Below, one piece after another: positions 39,961-53,579 of a DNA stretch of 64,000 bases. Where the stretch lies: NCBI RefSeq assembly GCF_004010195.1, contig NC_057716.1:22879293-22943292 (forward strand), given 5' to 3'. The notes under the pieces are model-generated. The model was not told the origin of the DNA and searched no databases. It saw only the letters and a program-made list of their open reading frames with translations. Each line of letters opens with the position of its first letter. Position 1 is the stretch's first letter. This DNA is from Chiloscyllium plagiosum. Lineage: Eukaryota. The translations under genes and the position numbers were made by a program.

Positions 39961-41409
39961 GCAAAAATTCCTGGAAACCGCAAGACTATCTTGGAGCATC
40001 AGTAACATCATCCTTTATTTTGTACTTAATTGCATTGCCCTGTGTGTTGGGCCATCTTCATTTATACAAAATGCACAAAACTAGCCATCTCGGTTTGAGT
40101 TTTTTTTAAAATAAAAGTGAATGTATTAAATTAATACCTAAAAAAAGGACAGAACTTCATCAGCAGTTTACAGGACCATTGGTTTTTCATCTCAAAAGGT
40201 TTCTGCTTCAGTCTTCACTCTCTGTGGTAAAATGGTTCAAGGCAATGATGCTCAGAGCGAAGAACTTGGATGCAAAATCCCACTTAACTCCCAGACCTTG
40301 TCACTGCGACTGCAATGTGTGTCATCTACAAGATGCATTCCAACAACAGTCCAATATTCCTTGCACAGCACTTCCTATATCGCAACATTCACCTCTGGGG
40401 AAAAAAAAACACTGCAGGTGCATGGAAACTCTGCCACATTTGAATTTTCCTCCTAATCATTCACCATCCCGACTTGATATTGCTAGATGTAGTAACTCAC
40501 TGGGTTCAAGCTTAGAACTAATTTCCTAGCACAAGACTGGAAGCACTTTTACCATTCAGACCACTGAGGTCGAAGAAGGCAGCTCACACGCACCTACTCA
40601 AGGCCAGTTAGAGAAAGGCATTAATGACAGCCTCACCAGCAATGACCATTTCCCATGGGTAGGGGGCAGCATTCATCACAACCACTGTAACTACAAAGCA
40701 CCTCTGGATAACAGGCAGAAATGACAGCTATTTTTAAAAAATGTAACAGTCCCTCTGTGTAATGTTAAATAAAAGCAAACTGAATAAAGTTGAAAAATCC
40801 CACATGAGGCAAATTTTGTCATCTTTAAATTTCAAACTGGACAGGAGGTATTAAGTACACAGTAGTACCATTAAGACAGTAGTTAATTTAATTAAATTCT
40901 GCCTTAGTGAATGAAGCAGACTTCAGGACATCTTTCATTGCAAGACATGAAATTACAGCCTGTCAGCTGCCACTGGCAGGGTAAAGGAATGAACTGCAAA
41001 GTAAATAACATTAATGTCCCTGTATTAAGCAACCAGCTTAACTGCGATTTCTCCCTGTTGCTCTAATATGGGCAGAAATCCCATTGCAACGTTTAAGGAT
41101 CTTTAAATTGGGCAACTGAAAGATCAACAGAGGTAGGGTCTCAACGTACAATGATTTATGCATAATTAAAGGCAAAGAAATAAGCCATTTGGCCCAGATA
41201 GCTGGCCAGAGCAGATACTACCATGGTGCCACAGTATCTCCCAAGATACACTCAGCACATGACCGCAAAAGTGAGCTTCACTCTTTACTGGTCCTTTTTA
41301 AAAATAAAGTATTTGTTCATGGGTGTCACTGGTTAAGTCAGCATATATGATTCACAGCTAATCACTCTTGACATCATGTTGAGCTTGAATCACTGAAGTG
41401 TATATTAAT

Positions 41410-41552
41410 GTTTGTGTGTGTGAGAGAGACAGAGAGAGAGCGCATGTGTGTGTGTGTGTGTGAAAGACAGCATGTGAGTGAGTGTGTGCGTGTGAGAGAG
41501 CGTGTGTGAGAGAGAGGGAGTGAGTGTGCATGTGTGAATGTGTGCGCAAGTG
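41410..41552. repeat. Imperfect (GT)n/(GA)n microsatellite
   Basis: Directly visible dinucleotide runs. Confidence 0.95.
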
Positions 41553-43064
41553 AGGGTATTACATCGTACTCTTAACCTGAGCTTTGTAGATGGTGCAGAG
41601 ATTGAGGGAAAGCAGGTGGTGAGTTAGTCATTGCAAAATTTCCTGTCTCTGATCAGCTCTGGAAGCTCGAGTATTTTTATGGCTGGTCCAATTCTGTTTC
41701 TGGTCTATACCAGTGCTTAAGCTCTGCACAATTTCCCTCCCTTCATTTACCCATCATTCTATATCCTTCTCCCTCATGTACTTTTGAAGCTTTATCTTGA
41801 ACACTTCTATGGTAACTGCCTCAATTACTCCATGTCATGGCAGCTTACTATTTGCAAATTATAATTTCATCTGCATTGGGCAAGAATAAACTTGCCTCCA
41901 AAGGAGGTTTTCAGTAACTTGATTCACCTAATGATGAAATTCTGCTTATGCAAGACAACAGATTAACTGGGGAAATCCTGCAACACATCTCTTTATTCTT
42001 GCTTTTAGGCATCTTAAATTTCATTTGCTTCATCACTGGTAGCTGTAATATCAGCTGCCTCAGCCCTCAGTTATGCAATTCCCACGTTCAACCTCAACAT
42101 CTTTGTACCTCTCCAGTCATTCAAAATGTTGCTTTAAACAAAACACTTTGACTGAGCTTTCAGTTACTTGTCTTAACATGTTTTTATACAGGAGTACTGA
42201 ACCCTTGGGCATTGCTAAAAAAGACATTTTGTTGCAGCTTTTCATCTTGCATTCATAAGGACAATTAGCAAGACAAAAAGATTCAATAGACTATCTCATT
42301 ATTCAGTAATATTGCTTTATAGGGTCCAATGTCAAATTGTAGTTCAGTCTGACAATGCTCCTACGAAATGCTTTGGGCAATGTTCATATGCTAAAGGTGC
42401 ATAGATGCTAAACACAAATTATTTTTGTACAGTCTTAATACTCATTGGATGCAACGTCCTGTAGCAAAGTGATTGTACTGTATTTGAGAGCTATTTGAGG
42501 CAGCATCATACCAGAATCGTATTCAACCATTTTTCCCCATGCTGGAGCCCTCCCGAGTGGCCCTGGGTTTGATATGCTTATTGGTGAACTCTGACTCAAT
42601 ATTATCTCTGAACCAGAAGGTCACAGGTCCAACCCATTAAACCACAGAAACTAGCTGATAGTACTGAATAGTAGCAAGAAACTGCCTCCATGTCAGAGGT
42701 GCTGTGCACCATCTCGGGTGGACACCCATGGTGTTGTACATTATGTTTATCAAATTATTTAGTGAATAAAGTGATAGCAACGTAGTATTTTGTGGAGTAG
42801 AAATGGGCATATCAACTCAACAAAAACAGAACATGCTTGTTGGAACTTTCTGCAGGAATTCAAATATAATAGAAACAAACTGAAAAGCATCCTCAATATT
42901 TCAGTATGTGCCCCTAGGTACGTTTCACACCAAGCCATAGGATTCAATTTGAGTTATAGAGCAAAATGGCATAACTCAACAATTATCTCTGAACCAGAAG
43001 GTCACAGGTCCAACCCATTAAACCACCAAAACTAATTGGTACTGTAATGCTGGAATTCTGACAC

Positions 43065-43160
43065 AATAACAGTACTGGGGATATTCAGCAGGTCTGGCTA
43101 TATCCGCAGAGAGATAGAGTTAATGTTTTGATCCCCACAAAGTTTTTCTTCAGAACTGGA
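43065..43160 (-). mobile_element. Decayed PLE pLTR-like module
   Basis: TCAGCAGGTCTGGC...GAGTTAATGTTT...TCTTCAGAACTGG, same family as 7294 and 55388. Confidence 0.55.
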
Positions 43161-44233
43161 ATACTATAATTTTGTAAAACTGTTGAGAAAGTGGCTCAGG
43201 ACCTCCTTACAAAGTCATTACCATCCTCACAATTGGCAAGAAGCTCAGAGCCACGTTTTGCTCATACCTTTCCATTTATACTATGCTGAAGAACTGAGGT
43301 AATCACAGCTACCTTTTCAATGGCAACTAGGAACAGACACTAAACATTGGTCTTGCTACTGTTCACATTCTAAGAATGAATTGAAACAAAAATCACATCC
43401 TTACTATGAACAGACTGACGTTTGTTCAACCCAAGTCCGAGTGCACCCCTAGTTACTGATGACTCCAGTTTTCCCAATCCGAAGTACAAAAGGCAGCAGG
43501 TATGAGAAATCCAAGAGAATGCAGCATTTTCCTTGCGAGTGACAATATCAAATTCATTCCCAGGTTCTAAGTTTATTCACTGAACTGGCCCTGCACCATG
43601 CAAATTAATTTGCAAGCATTCTTTGAAAAATGCATGAGTCAGTTTATTGGCAAACACACAAACTGTTTTTTTGGTAATTAGCTGTTAATTAGTACCACAA
43701 AACAGCTGCTAGTACAATTTCACTGGGCAAACAGAGTCTGTAAACAATGCTTGTAAATCTTGCTAATTTATTAATGACAGTACAACTGTCATCATTTTTG
43801 GCTCAGAGGTACAGAAATACTACTGTTTATTGTATATATAGCTGGAAGTACATATAGAGAAGCTGCACATTAGAGAAGCTAGCTTTCCCAGACAACAAAG
43901 CAATTCTGTGGAATTGATAGAATGCCTATAACTGTAATTATCTGTATAACTGCTCATAATCCAGAAATACAGCCAGGCTACTGAACTTTCCAAATTCCAG
44001 CATGAATGGATAGGCATGCAGGCATACATGTCTAACGGTTCTTTCAATTGTGAAGAGAAGTTACGAAAGTTTTGCACATTCAGAGTGAAACAAATGAGTC
44101 TTTATGGGCAGACTAAGAGTCAGCTTGCACACAACCAGAACTAACAAAAACCTAGAGAAAACATATTGAAAATTGCTTTCATCTTTGACATTCTCATCTT
44201 AATGTAAACTTGCAAAATCCTCCAGTACTTTGT

Positions 44234-44580
44234 GGGTGGCACGGTGGCACAGTGGTTAGCACTGCTGCCTCATAGCGCCAGAGACCCGGGTTCATTTCCC
44301 GCCTCAGGCGACTGACTGTGTGGAGTTTGCACGTTCTCCCCATGTCTGCGTGGGTTTCCTCCGGGTGCTCCGGTTTCCTCCCACAGTCCAATGATGTTCT
44401 GGTCAGGTGAATTGGCCATGCTAAATTGCCCGTAGTGTTAGGTAAGGGGTAAATGTAGGGTTATGGGTGGGTTGCGCTTCGGCGGGGCGGTGTGGACTTG
44501 TTGGGCCGAAGGGCCTGTTTCCACACTGTAAGTAATCTAATCTAATCTAATCTAATCTAATCTAATCTAATCTAATCTAA
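44234..44580 (+). mobile_element. Young V-SINE with (AATCT)n tail
   Basis: Intact A box GGTGGCACAGTGGTTAG, B-box-like GGTTCATTTCCC, V-domain, retained CpGs and a perfect pentamer tail at 44533-44580. Confidence 0.9.
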
Positions 44581-44649
44581 GAAGCTGTAACACACATGAC
44601 ATTGGAAAGGTGAGGTCTCTGTCGCCGAGACTGAGACCATACTGACTGA

Positions 44650-45700
44650 GAAGATGGCAGGTAACAAAGTACCATATCAAAGGTTACAAAGTAAGAGCTC
44701 ATGGACTAAACATATTAGCATGGTGAAGGATTGGTTCATTAGCATGAAAGAGAGTAGACATAAATTAGTTGTTTTGGGGTTGGCAAGATATAATGGAGTG
44801 TCACTGGGATCAGTACTGGGCCCTCAGATATTTACAGACCACATCAATGTGGGGATGTAGGGATAAAGGGATGGAAAGTATAGTTGCTAAATTTGCTGAT
44901 GAGCCAAATATATGTAGGGGAGTAAATTGTCAACAGGAGGTAGTGTGTCTGAAAAGGGATATAGATAAGCTGAGTTAGTGGGCAAATAATTGGCAGATAG
45001 TGTACAGAGTGGGAAAATGCAAACTTGCCCACTTTGGCAGGAAGAATAGAAAAAAAAGTGTACTATTTAAATGGAGAGAGATGGTTGTACAGAGGATCTG
45101 GTGTCCTGGTACATGAATCATAAAAGACTAGTATGTGGATTCAGCAAGCAATTAGGAAGGCAAATGAAATGCTGTTCATTGCAAAGAGATCAGAATTAGA
45201 GGTATACAGAAACTTTACTGCAGCCATACAATGCCCCTGGCGTGATCACATCTCGAATACCATACATAATTTGTGTCTGCCTATTCGAAATGGATATAAA
45301 TTCATTTGAAGCAGTTCAGAAAAATGAGAGATTATCTTATTGAGTGTATGAGGCCCTGAGAAGACTTGACACGGTGAATTGTGAGAGGATGTTTCTCCTT
45401 GTGGGAAAGACTAGAGTTAGGGCACACAGCTGAAGAATAAGCAATCTCCCTTTTAAGATGGAGAAGAGGGGAATATTTTCTTTCAGAAGGTCATTGGTCT
45501 GTGAAATTCTCTTCTCCAGAGAGGAGTGGAAGTGGGGCCATTGAAAACTTTTATGCAGAGTTACATAGATTTTTGATTAACAAAAGAGTTAAAAGGTATC
45601 GTGGTAGGGGGGAAATTAGAGTTGTGACAACAATCAGATTGCCATCAATTGTTCGAGCAGACCTGCAGGGTTAAATGGCCATTTGCTCATAACTGGTATA
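44650..45700 (+). mobile_element. Old CR1 LINE RT to 3' end
   Basis: KVPYQRL, GVSLGSVLGPQIF, VAKFADE and a CR1-type 3' region. Confidence 0.75.
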
Positions 45701-45719
45701 TTCATTTGTAGGTAATGGT

Positions 45720-46105
45720 ATCAGCCATGGCTCAATGGGTAGCACTCCGTTCTCCAAGTCAGAAATCAAGACAGACACACCCAGCCCAGTTGAAGGTGCC
45801 ATCTTTTTAATGGAATGTTAAACTGCATCTGCTTTCACACATGGGCATTAAAAATCCCTGGACACCAATCAAAGACGATTAGGAGAGTTCTCTTTGAAAT
45901 CCTAAACAATGTTTAACCTCCCAAACAATGTTACCATAAAAAAACTATTTGATCATCATTGCGTTGTTATTTGTGGGAGCTTACTGTGTGCAAATTGGTC
46001 ACTATATTTCCTAATGATTACAATCATTACTGTTCAAAAAATGCTTCATTGGTTGCAAAGGGCTTTAGGATGTTCTGAGGACATGAAGTACATGTACTTT
46101 TTTCT
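45720..46105 (+). mobile_element. Deu-domain SINE
   Basis: Head TGGCTCAATGGGTAGCACTC, Deu domain and tail GGGAGCTTACTGTGTGCAAATTGG. Confidence 0.7.
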
Positions 46106-47217
46106 TTAGCATAGCAGCACGCATGTTAAGGAGGTTCCGTTCGGAAAACTCAATTGGTGTCCATCCTCTCTGCTGCTATATCTGAGTCTCCACTGGCAAT
46201 ACATGAACGTGCTGATACAAGGTAAAATCAAGCCAGTATTTCCTTCAGTCCTGGCCAACAACACAGTTACAGCAAGAACAGGGAATAAATCTGAACAAAA
46301 TGTTGAAGAGAGAACTCAAGAATACATGGCTACTTTTTTTGTGGCATCTAAACTGTTCTATTATCAAGATGAAACTTGTTGAGGTCCGTGGAGTATTGAT
46401 GTTTCAGATAAAGATTGTGGATGGTGTCCTGTGGTGTTCAATATGATGGCAGGTTTTATATTGCTTTAAATACTGAAAGGTGGAAAGACACATACACAAA
46501 TTAACTGTTTTCCACTTGCAGCTCCTTATGAAAATAGTTTTCTGCATTCAAAAACCTGTTTCAGGCTTAACAGAGCGTCATTATATGATAATAATTATTC
46601 AGCTTTATTGTTATACTCATTAAGGAAGGGGAGTGAGATGATAATGTCATATATACCGCTAATACTCTGGTCAGATGTGAATGGAAAGCAGAGCTATCAG
46701 TATTCCTATCTCATCAAGAGTTCTCAGGCTAGACACAGTCCATGCTGCTTGTGGAATCCTGATTTAGTGACTGTACTTTAAACGAGACAATAACACCAAG
46801 TTGGAAACTATCTTAACCAGAGCCTTGAAACCATGTTCTCCTTAAAGTAGGCTGCTGGTTCCATTCTCCACACATTACATACTTGGCGATTAATATAAAT
46901 TCTGGCTCAAACTCATGAACTCAGCACATTTAACATGATTGGAGAAGACAATGCTCCAGCCTGATCAGTTAGTCCAGAGGTTCGGAAAAAGGGCCTGAAC
47001 GTGGACTGCCTTTCTCTTCACAGAGCTGCTCAACTTGCTCAGTATCTTAAGCATCTTCTGTTTTTCTCTCGGGGTTAAGCAGGCAGAAATCTGATTGGAT
47101 CAATATTTTTCATATGGCAAACACACTCAGTTTGTTATTTTTATCCCCTTCATTTGTTAATTATCTCCTGCCCCACCTTATTTTTGAATTACATCCCCAT
47201 CGGAAATGCTGCCTTCA

Positions 47218-47395
47218 TGAGGGATGGAATTGGAAGGAGAATGGGGAGGGAGAAAGTGCAAAAGGGGTGGAGGGAGGGAGTGTAGGAACGAGAAAGTACA
47301 AGAGGGAGAAAATATTGCAAGGAAATGAGAAAAGGAAAGAGTAAAGGAAGGAGTAGTTAAAAAAGGACAGAAAAAGAAGGGAGGGAAAAAAAATC
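47218..47395. repeat. Purine-rich (A/G) low-complexity tract
   Basis: Almost exclusively A/G on the plus strand. Confidence 0.8.
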
Positions 47396-49240
47396 ACTCA
47401 CTAGTTATAAGTGGCTGCACTGAACAGAGTACAGTTCAGAATTCTATCCCCAACGTTCCATCTAAGTGCTATGAAATTCGAAGCATACATACATCGCACA
47501 TTTCTGGTGTAAGGACACAGTTTATCTAATTACTTGGAAAGAATTATTTGGACTGCTGTGGGAATAGCGACTACACCGCGTATACAATAGCAGGGGGGAA
47601 AAAAACAAGCAAGTAAGCCTGAGGGAACTTTCAAATCAATTAACGGTCCAGTCAAGGTCCAATTTTATCACGAGCTGCTTGCAGGAGACTGTATCTTTTA
47701 CATTTGAGTAATGTGCAGCCTTTTAACTATTCTACGAGCAGCTTTTTTTTTTTAAAAAAAGGCTTTACTATTGAGTCCCGTGGTCATAAAAGCTTAAGGA
47801 GGAGTTTACAGGGGTCACACTCCATCTCCAAGTCTGACAAATACCTCAACAATCACTAATAACATAGTTACAAGGTTTCTCTTAAAGGAAAGCTTTATTC
47901 AAACCAAAGAAAATCCTATTAAAGACACTATTATCACAACCTCAGTAAAACACACACAATAAGCAATTTAAAAGGCTTGAATTTTTAACACTGACTCCTT
48001 ACTGCCCTCAGCAACTTACAGACTCCTGAAAGCACTGCCATTGAAATAGATTCATGTTCAAATATAGATTCTTGCTCCTGCTGCTTTGCCTTCACATCAG
48101 TGTCCTAATATTCCCTGTGAAGATACATTAACAATGTAGAGAGACTAATGGGAATTTTAATCGGAGTCCATTTCTTCATACATTTACTTTTTCATTATCA
48201 ACCGTATAATTTAATTTGATTCACTGCGAATTTTAACAGGGGGAGCCGGTGCTGCTTGTAAAACAGGATGGATTCAAAGGCAGCACCAAATCATTTGATT
48301 CTCAGAGACCACTTCTAATAAGTGAATAACATGCTTTCTATGCTTTTTATTCTTGATAACATCTTTCACTTGTCTACTTTCTAGCACATTTTTAAACTAT
48401 AATGGTGTGTGTACCCCTTGCAATACAAAAAGCATGAACATGCAGCTGAATGTGGATTGTTGCAATTCAGACCAGGAGTGAATCAGGTTCAATTTCACAT
48501 TGAATTTCAAGCTGAGGTTCGGCTCAGCACCCTCATATGAAAAGGGAGTGGGGGAGGGACGGCAAAGACAAACATTTATGCTCACTCTTCACTTGCTTTT
48601 GTATACCGACATTGGGGTTCGCTCTAAAACTAAGAGCAGACAAGCAGCCCCATGATTTAGTGCAGATACACAGGCTATAAACAGCCATTTGACTGTATTG
48701 AAAGGCAATCAGGTACCTGTGACATTGGGCTCCAGAAAGAATCAGACCTCCTTCAGAAGAAGAAGGGGGAGAGGGGAGACCAGAAAGTGACAAAGGCCCT
48801 ATTACAACCCTGCTTCCCATTTGTTTTATTGTTACACAAAGCTGCTACACTCCACACTATTGCCGCCTTGGCCAGCAGACATTTCAACAATCACGTACCA
48901 CTTACTTCTTTCATGCGAAAACTATTCTGACAGCTCCACGTGCACCAGACTGGGAACCTTTTGCCAAAATAAGACATTCAACTTCTGCAAATATCAACAT
49001 CAAATTCATTCCTCCTTGAGTGTAAGATTCTGGCAATATGACTCACAGACACATAAAAAAATGCAAAATTTGTAGGTACCAATGTCTAAGATATTCTTGC
49101 CTCTCTTAATGCAATAGCATGACTTGGTAGCATAGGACAAGGAACATTTATAAAATAGAGATATTTCCATTTTGAGTATTAAATTTGTATTTTTGCATGT
49201 AGCCACTACGTTTAAAGATTGGTGTGGATTCATCTCCTGA

Positions 49241-49338
49241 GTTGAAAAATGTGGTACTGGAAAAACATAGCAGGCCAGGCAGCATCCGAGGAGCAGGAGA
49301 ATCGACGTTTCAGGCATAAGCCCTTCTTCAGGACTCTC
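49241..49338 (-). mobile_element. Solo PLE pLTR-like module with intact minimal hammerhead core
   Basis: Same family as the fold-back arms. The minus strand begins GAGAGTC-CTGAAGA-AGGGCTTATGCCT-GAAA-CGTC-GATTCTC. Confidence 0.8.
49297..49338 (-). ncRNA. Candidate minimal type I hammerhead ribozyme (sense to AGAP1 pre-mRNA)
   Basis: Core CUGAAGA and GAAA; stem II GGGC/GCCU with UUAU loop; palindromic ACGU stem III with a GUC cleavage triplet; 7 bp stem I GAGAGUC/GAUUCUC. Activity is untested. Confidence 0.6.
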
Positions 49339-51399
49339 ACCTACTATCGTGACTCCAAGTCTACTGATGATAGATTTGGCATCCATTGTTGTTGTTTTTC
49401 AGTTCTCTGAACGAAAGGCATCAGATCCACAGTCCCATGATCTCCTTCACAGGGAAGGTGAAGAGGTTCTGATTTGGGGATTGAAACCTACCATAGTGGC
49501 ACCAATCCAATCCACAGTGACCCCTTAAGGAGTCTGAGTTGTTGTGGTAACATATACTTTTACATGCACATTGTAATGTAGTGCTATGAACAGTTATGGT
49601 GAAGGTTCTAAATTTCTTTCTATCACATGGCTAACCAACAATCTCTCCCACTCTTATCACCCACCAAAGGCGTATGTTGGATGGATTTATAAGTCAATAC
49701 TCAACCTGTCAGGGCACAATAGGAATGCACCTTTTTTTGGCCTTCAATTCCTCATATGGAACTTGAACCAGGGGCTTCTGGCCTAGAAAAAAGGATGTTA
49801 ACTGCAGCTTGAAACAACCTCCCATCAATCATGCTTTAAAAAGAAATGCTCCATTCACACTTAAATAAATGTTTTGTGGGTGCTGAAAGCAGGAAAAAAC
49901 CTGAAGAAAATGTTGAGTTCAGCAGTGTGAATGAATTTGATTAATCAAAGTTGGCATTAAAGTGTCCTGGCTATAATAAGTGATTAAATCTGACAGTGAG
50001 ACAAAGAGAGCTAGACTAACAACAATTCAAACAGAGTCAGTAACACAGCGCACTGACCACTGAGCCCTACAGTGCATGGGGTCTGGATTCACGAAAACAG
50101 AAATATAGTAGTTACAGACAGTCTGGTCATTTCAGGCTACAGTGCAAGGGGAGCCAGATTCATATTGGTACAGATGCAGCAGGTAACTCAAGACACTTAA
50201 AATCAAGACAGTCCAGAAATCTAAGCCAATTGAGCTGATTTAATCAAGTACTTCACCAGAGTTTGCATTCTAATCCCTACAGGTCAATAATTTTTCTCAG
50301 ATCAATAATCTTCACTCCATGTTCAAACAAAATATCAAAAGGAATATTAGCATTAAAATCAATTAGAGAAAACCTATTTTTTTAGAGAAAAAAGGGAAGA
50401 TAGCTGAAGACAAGAGTTCATTTATATCCACTTCAAATCCAGCTTGGTTCCCTTTGTGTCAAATTAAACGATGTTTACGCCGAGAACTGAATCATAAACA
50501 ATTGGCCGTGAAGAAGACTTGTACATGCATTATCATTGCCTGGTTATGTCCACAATTAGAAGCTTCTGGTCACATGGAATTTCCTGGAACTTGGAGGAAG
50601 ATTTACAAGGACACTTATGTGTGTAAGTAAACGTTTGAATAAAAGAATAGGTGATATCAAACATTGCTACAGACAGCTGGATGGAAGCAGAAGAATCACT
50701 TCTTTGATATCCGAAAGAGATGATGCATGGTCGCCTGGGGTATATCACAGCTCTGCTTGCCAAGGCAGCAAGGCACTACAATGAGACATGGCAGCCTCCC
50801 TCACCTTTGTGAAGTCATCTCAACAGGCTATGGGAACACTATTCACCCTCTTTTGGTGTCATTTACACAGAGACAGGGGTCAGACTCTGGTTTTGTGTGA
50901 AAGCAGCAGACAAGACAGGAAGGGTAAAAGCATTGTATATATAAATCAAACAATTACAAGAAAAATTAATTCAATGGTAGGCTTTTTAAGATTGAGATTT
51001 TCAGCCAAGGCAGAAGAACTTTCTTTTACACGTATGAATCACTAGAGCCTTGAATCTGTTCAGACAGGGGTAGGCATCCAGCATCAAATATTGGGTCTTC
51101 AGTAGAACTCAACTGCTGCTTAAAAAGGCCATCTATTTCTTGTTATTAACACAGGCTGACGGGAGACAAACGACAGTCTGTTTCCTCATCAGATTATGTG
51201 AGAAGAAACTATTTTCCAACTAAAACTTTTGTCCTGAAGGCTATTTTCTCACAGATAACATTTATATTGTATTATGCAACATGTGGGACATAATTGGATT
51301 AGAAGATAACAATGTGTGCAAGGGATAATAGAAAAGTCTTTGTATACTGTAAAACACAAGCATAATTGGCACTCTTCTCTGCCTGTGTAATTTAATTCT

Positions 51400-52180
51400 T
51401 CAATTGTCTTCTAGTCTGCCCATGTAACATACCTTTGTTCTTCTCTCCTGCCTGTTGCTATCTCTGCTGGTCTTCTATTTTTCAGCAGCACCATTTATTT
51501 GAATTCTGTTCTTCAACAGCAGTACACCCACAGCAATCTAGTCTTCACTATTCGATCCCCAACTCCCCTCTATTCTTCACCAGTAGTTTCTATTCTTTAC
51601 CAATGCAATTCATTGGTGACCTTCCATTCTTCATCAGTGCTATTCACCAACAGTCTTCTTTTCTTTACTAGTGCTACTCTATTTCAGCATCAGTTGTTAT
51701 TCTCCACCAGCCCAATACTTTGTTATTATTCTTCTTCACCCTCACATAGCTGTATGGTAACCTTTTTTACTTGATAAACGTCCACTGGCACTACATTTCC
51801 ACTAACTAATTTTCTTTCAGGCACCTGGTTTTAATAGTGGAACTCACCAGCAGGCTTCAGTTCTCTATCTACACACGCTACAACCACCCTTCCATTGTTT
51901 CATGCAACTTATTGTCAGCTTACTATTCCCTTCTATGTAATTCACTGGTGATTCCTCACTCTTCTCCAAATTTCACATCTAATCCACTACCCTCCTCTCT
52001 GCTGGCCTCCTTTTGGCTTCTAAGCATTATTGTCCTAAGTTACCCCTTCTTCTTAATATAAGGCATTGCTGGCCATCTACTACAATTCTTTGTTTAGTAT
52101 CAACTGTTCTTTGAACATCATTCCCTGCTACCTACTTCCATTAACCCCTTATTTACTTCAATTCTCAAGGTGACTCATCT
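51400..52180. repeat. G-poor low-complexity tract with decayed TATTCT(T/C)CACCAG-like units
   Basis: Recurrent TTCACCA, CTATTC and ATTCACTGGTGA words with strong strand asymmetry. Confidence 0.55.
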
Positions 52181-52539
52181 TATTCCACATGATCTCCACG
52201 AACTCCCTCTCTGTAGGGTTTTGACAGTATCTGAGATATAGACTCAGTTCTCCATTTCCTTCAGTGCACAAAAGGCTAATCAAAGAGATGCACCTAGCAC
52301 CACGACCTAGTGTGACCAAAGCATGCATAGGGAAACAGGTTATAAATAGTTCAGTACCGAGGACATCAATAGAACTTTACTCACCATCTCAGCATTTGAT
52401 GTGAAAAGCAGGCACAGTCTTGCCTTTGAGGACTTTGAGATCATATGAGGATGTTGTAAAACCCAAACACATAGCCAGCTAGTGCATAACATGAGTGTGT
52501 AACACACTGGTGTGCATACACATGCAAACACACACAGCT

Positions 52540-53160
52540 GCGATCGCATAAACAGACTTCCCATCTGCCATCAGCCATTTCCATGTCACCTTCTTTGAGC
52601 TCATTTGTACTTCATTAACTGCCATTGACTTAACAAGATTTATGCAAATGAGACCACAGGACCTTGCCAACTCCCACTGCAATCAAGTGATTATGTATGT
52701 ACGATTCTCCTGCTATGAAAAATTAATAAATGACAAGCCCAGTCAAGACAAAGCAGAGCCTCTTGTGATTTTTTTCTCCCTCTGCTTAGCTTTTAAAGCA
52801 TTTGCATGCTTCTTTAGAAAACATTGAGTTTGCTTTACATTGGAATTAATCAAAATCTTTCGCTAATTTACCTGAAAGCAGCTCTTTCAGTCATCGAGAA
52901 TAAATAAATACTTGTAATAAATCAATTTAGCTTACCTAACTGGAATTATTAGATAAATAACTGCAATAAGGCAGCTTGGCATGTTTCACATCTCAGCTTC
53001 TTGAATTCACACAGAAGAAATGATGCACCACTCTAATTAGTTATCACAAAAATCAAAGCTGGCCGACGTGGAGGTATTGGCCCACTAATCTAATATTGAT
53101 TGACATGGAATTTTCTGATAATCAACTGCAAATGACATCCTCAAGAAACTGGGATAGTGG
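52540..53160. promoter_or_regulatory. Putative conserved non-coding element
   Basis: Octamer ATGCAAAT (52642) and many TAAT/TAATTA and TGAC sites; no recognisable repeat. Inference only. Confidence 0.35.
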
Positions 53161-53389
53161 TAATCCTTCCATTAATGTTTCTGAATGAAAGTCAACATGG
53201 AGACAAGGATCTGGAGCAATACTGGAACACAAATATTAGACCATAGGAAGTCTGGATCATTTATAACAGGTACACCATAAGCCAGGAAGCACAGGCAACA
53301 CTGATTTACTAATTTTACAATGGCTATTCTAAACAGTTCAGAGTTCACTGTCATGGTTAGGAGAGCTCACCTGAATGCCTGAATCAGAT

Positions 53390-53579
53390 GTGGTGCTGGA
53401 AAAGCACAGCCAGTCAGGCAGCATCAGAGGAGCAAGAGAGTTGATGTTTTGAGCATGAGTTCTTAATCAGGATCATTGAATTGTTCCTTGGTCCTTGGAT
53501 GCTGCCTGACTGGCTGTGGTTTTCCAGCACCACACTTTTTGACTCTGATCTCAAGCATCTGCAGTCCTCACTTTCTCCA
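53390..53579. mobile_element. Fold-back PLE-derived element, 13 bp TSD (1 mismatch)
   Basis: An inverted copy with a decayed hammerhead is followed by a forward copy ending CACTTTCTCC. GCCTGAAT(C/T)AGAT occurs at 53377-53389 and 53580-53592. Confidence 0.8.

Noticed and set aside
44234-44310. tRNA gene
   Set aside because: A/B boxes are present but run straight into the V-domain and a LINE-derived tail, so this is a SINE head (likewise 25584, 34700 and 39580).
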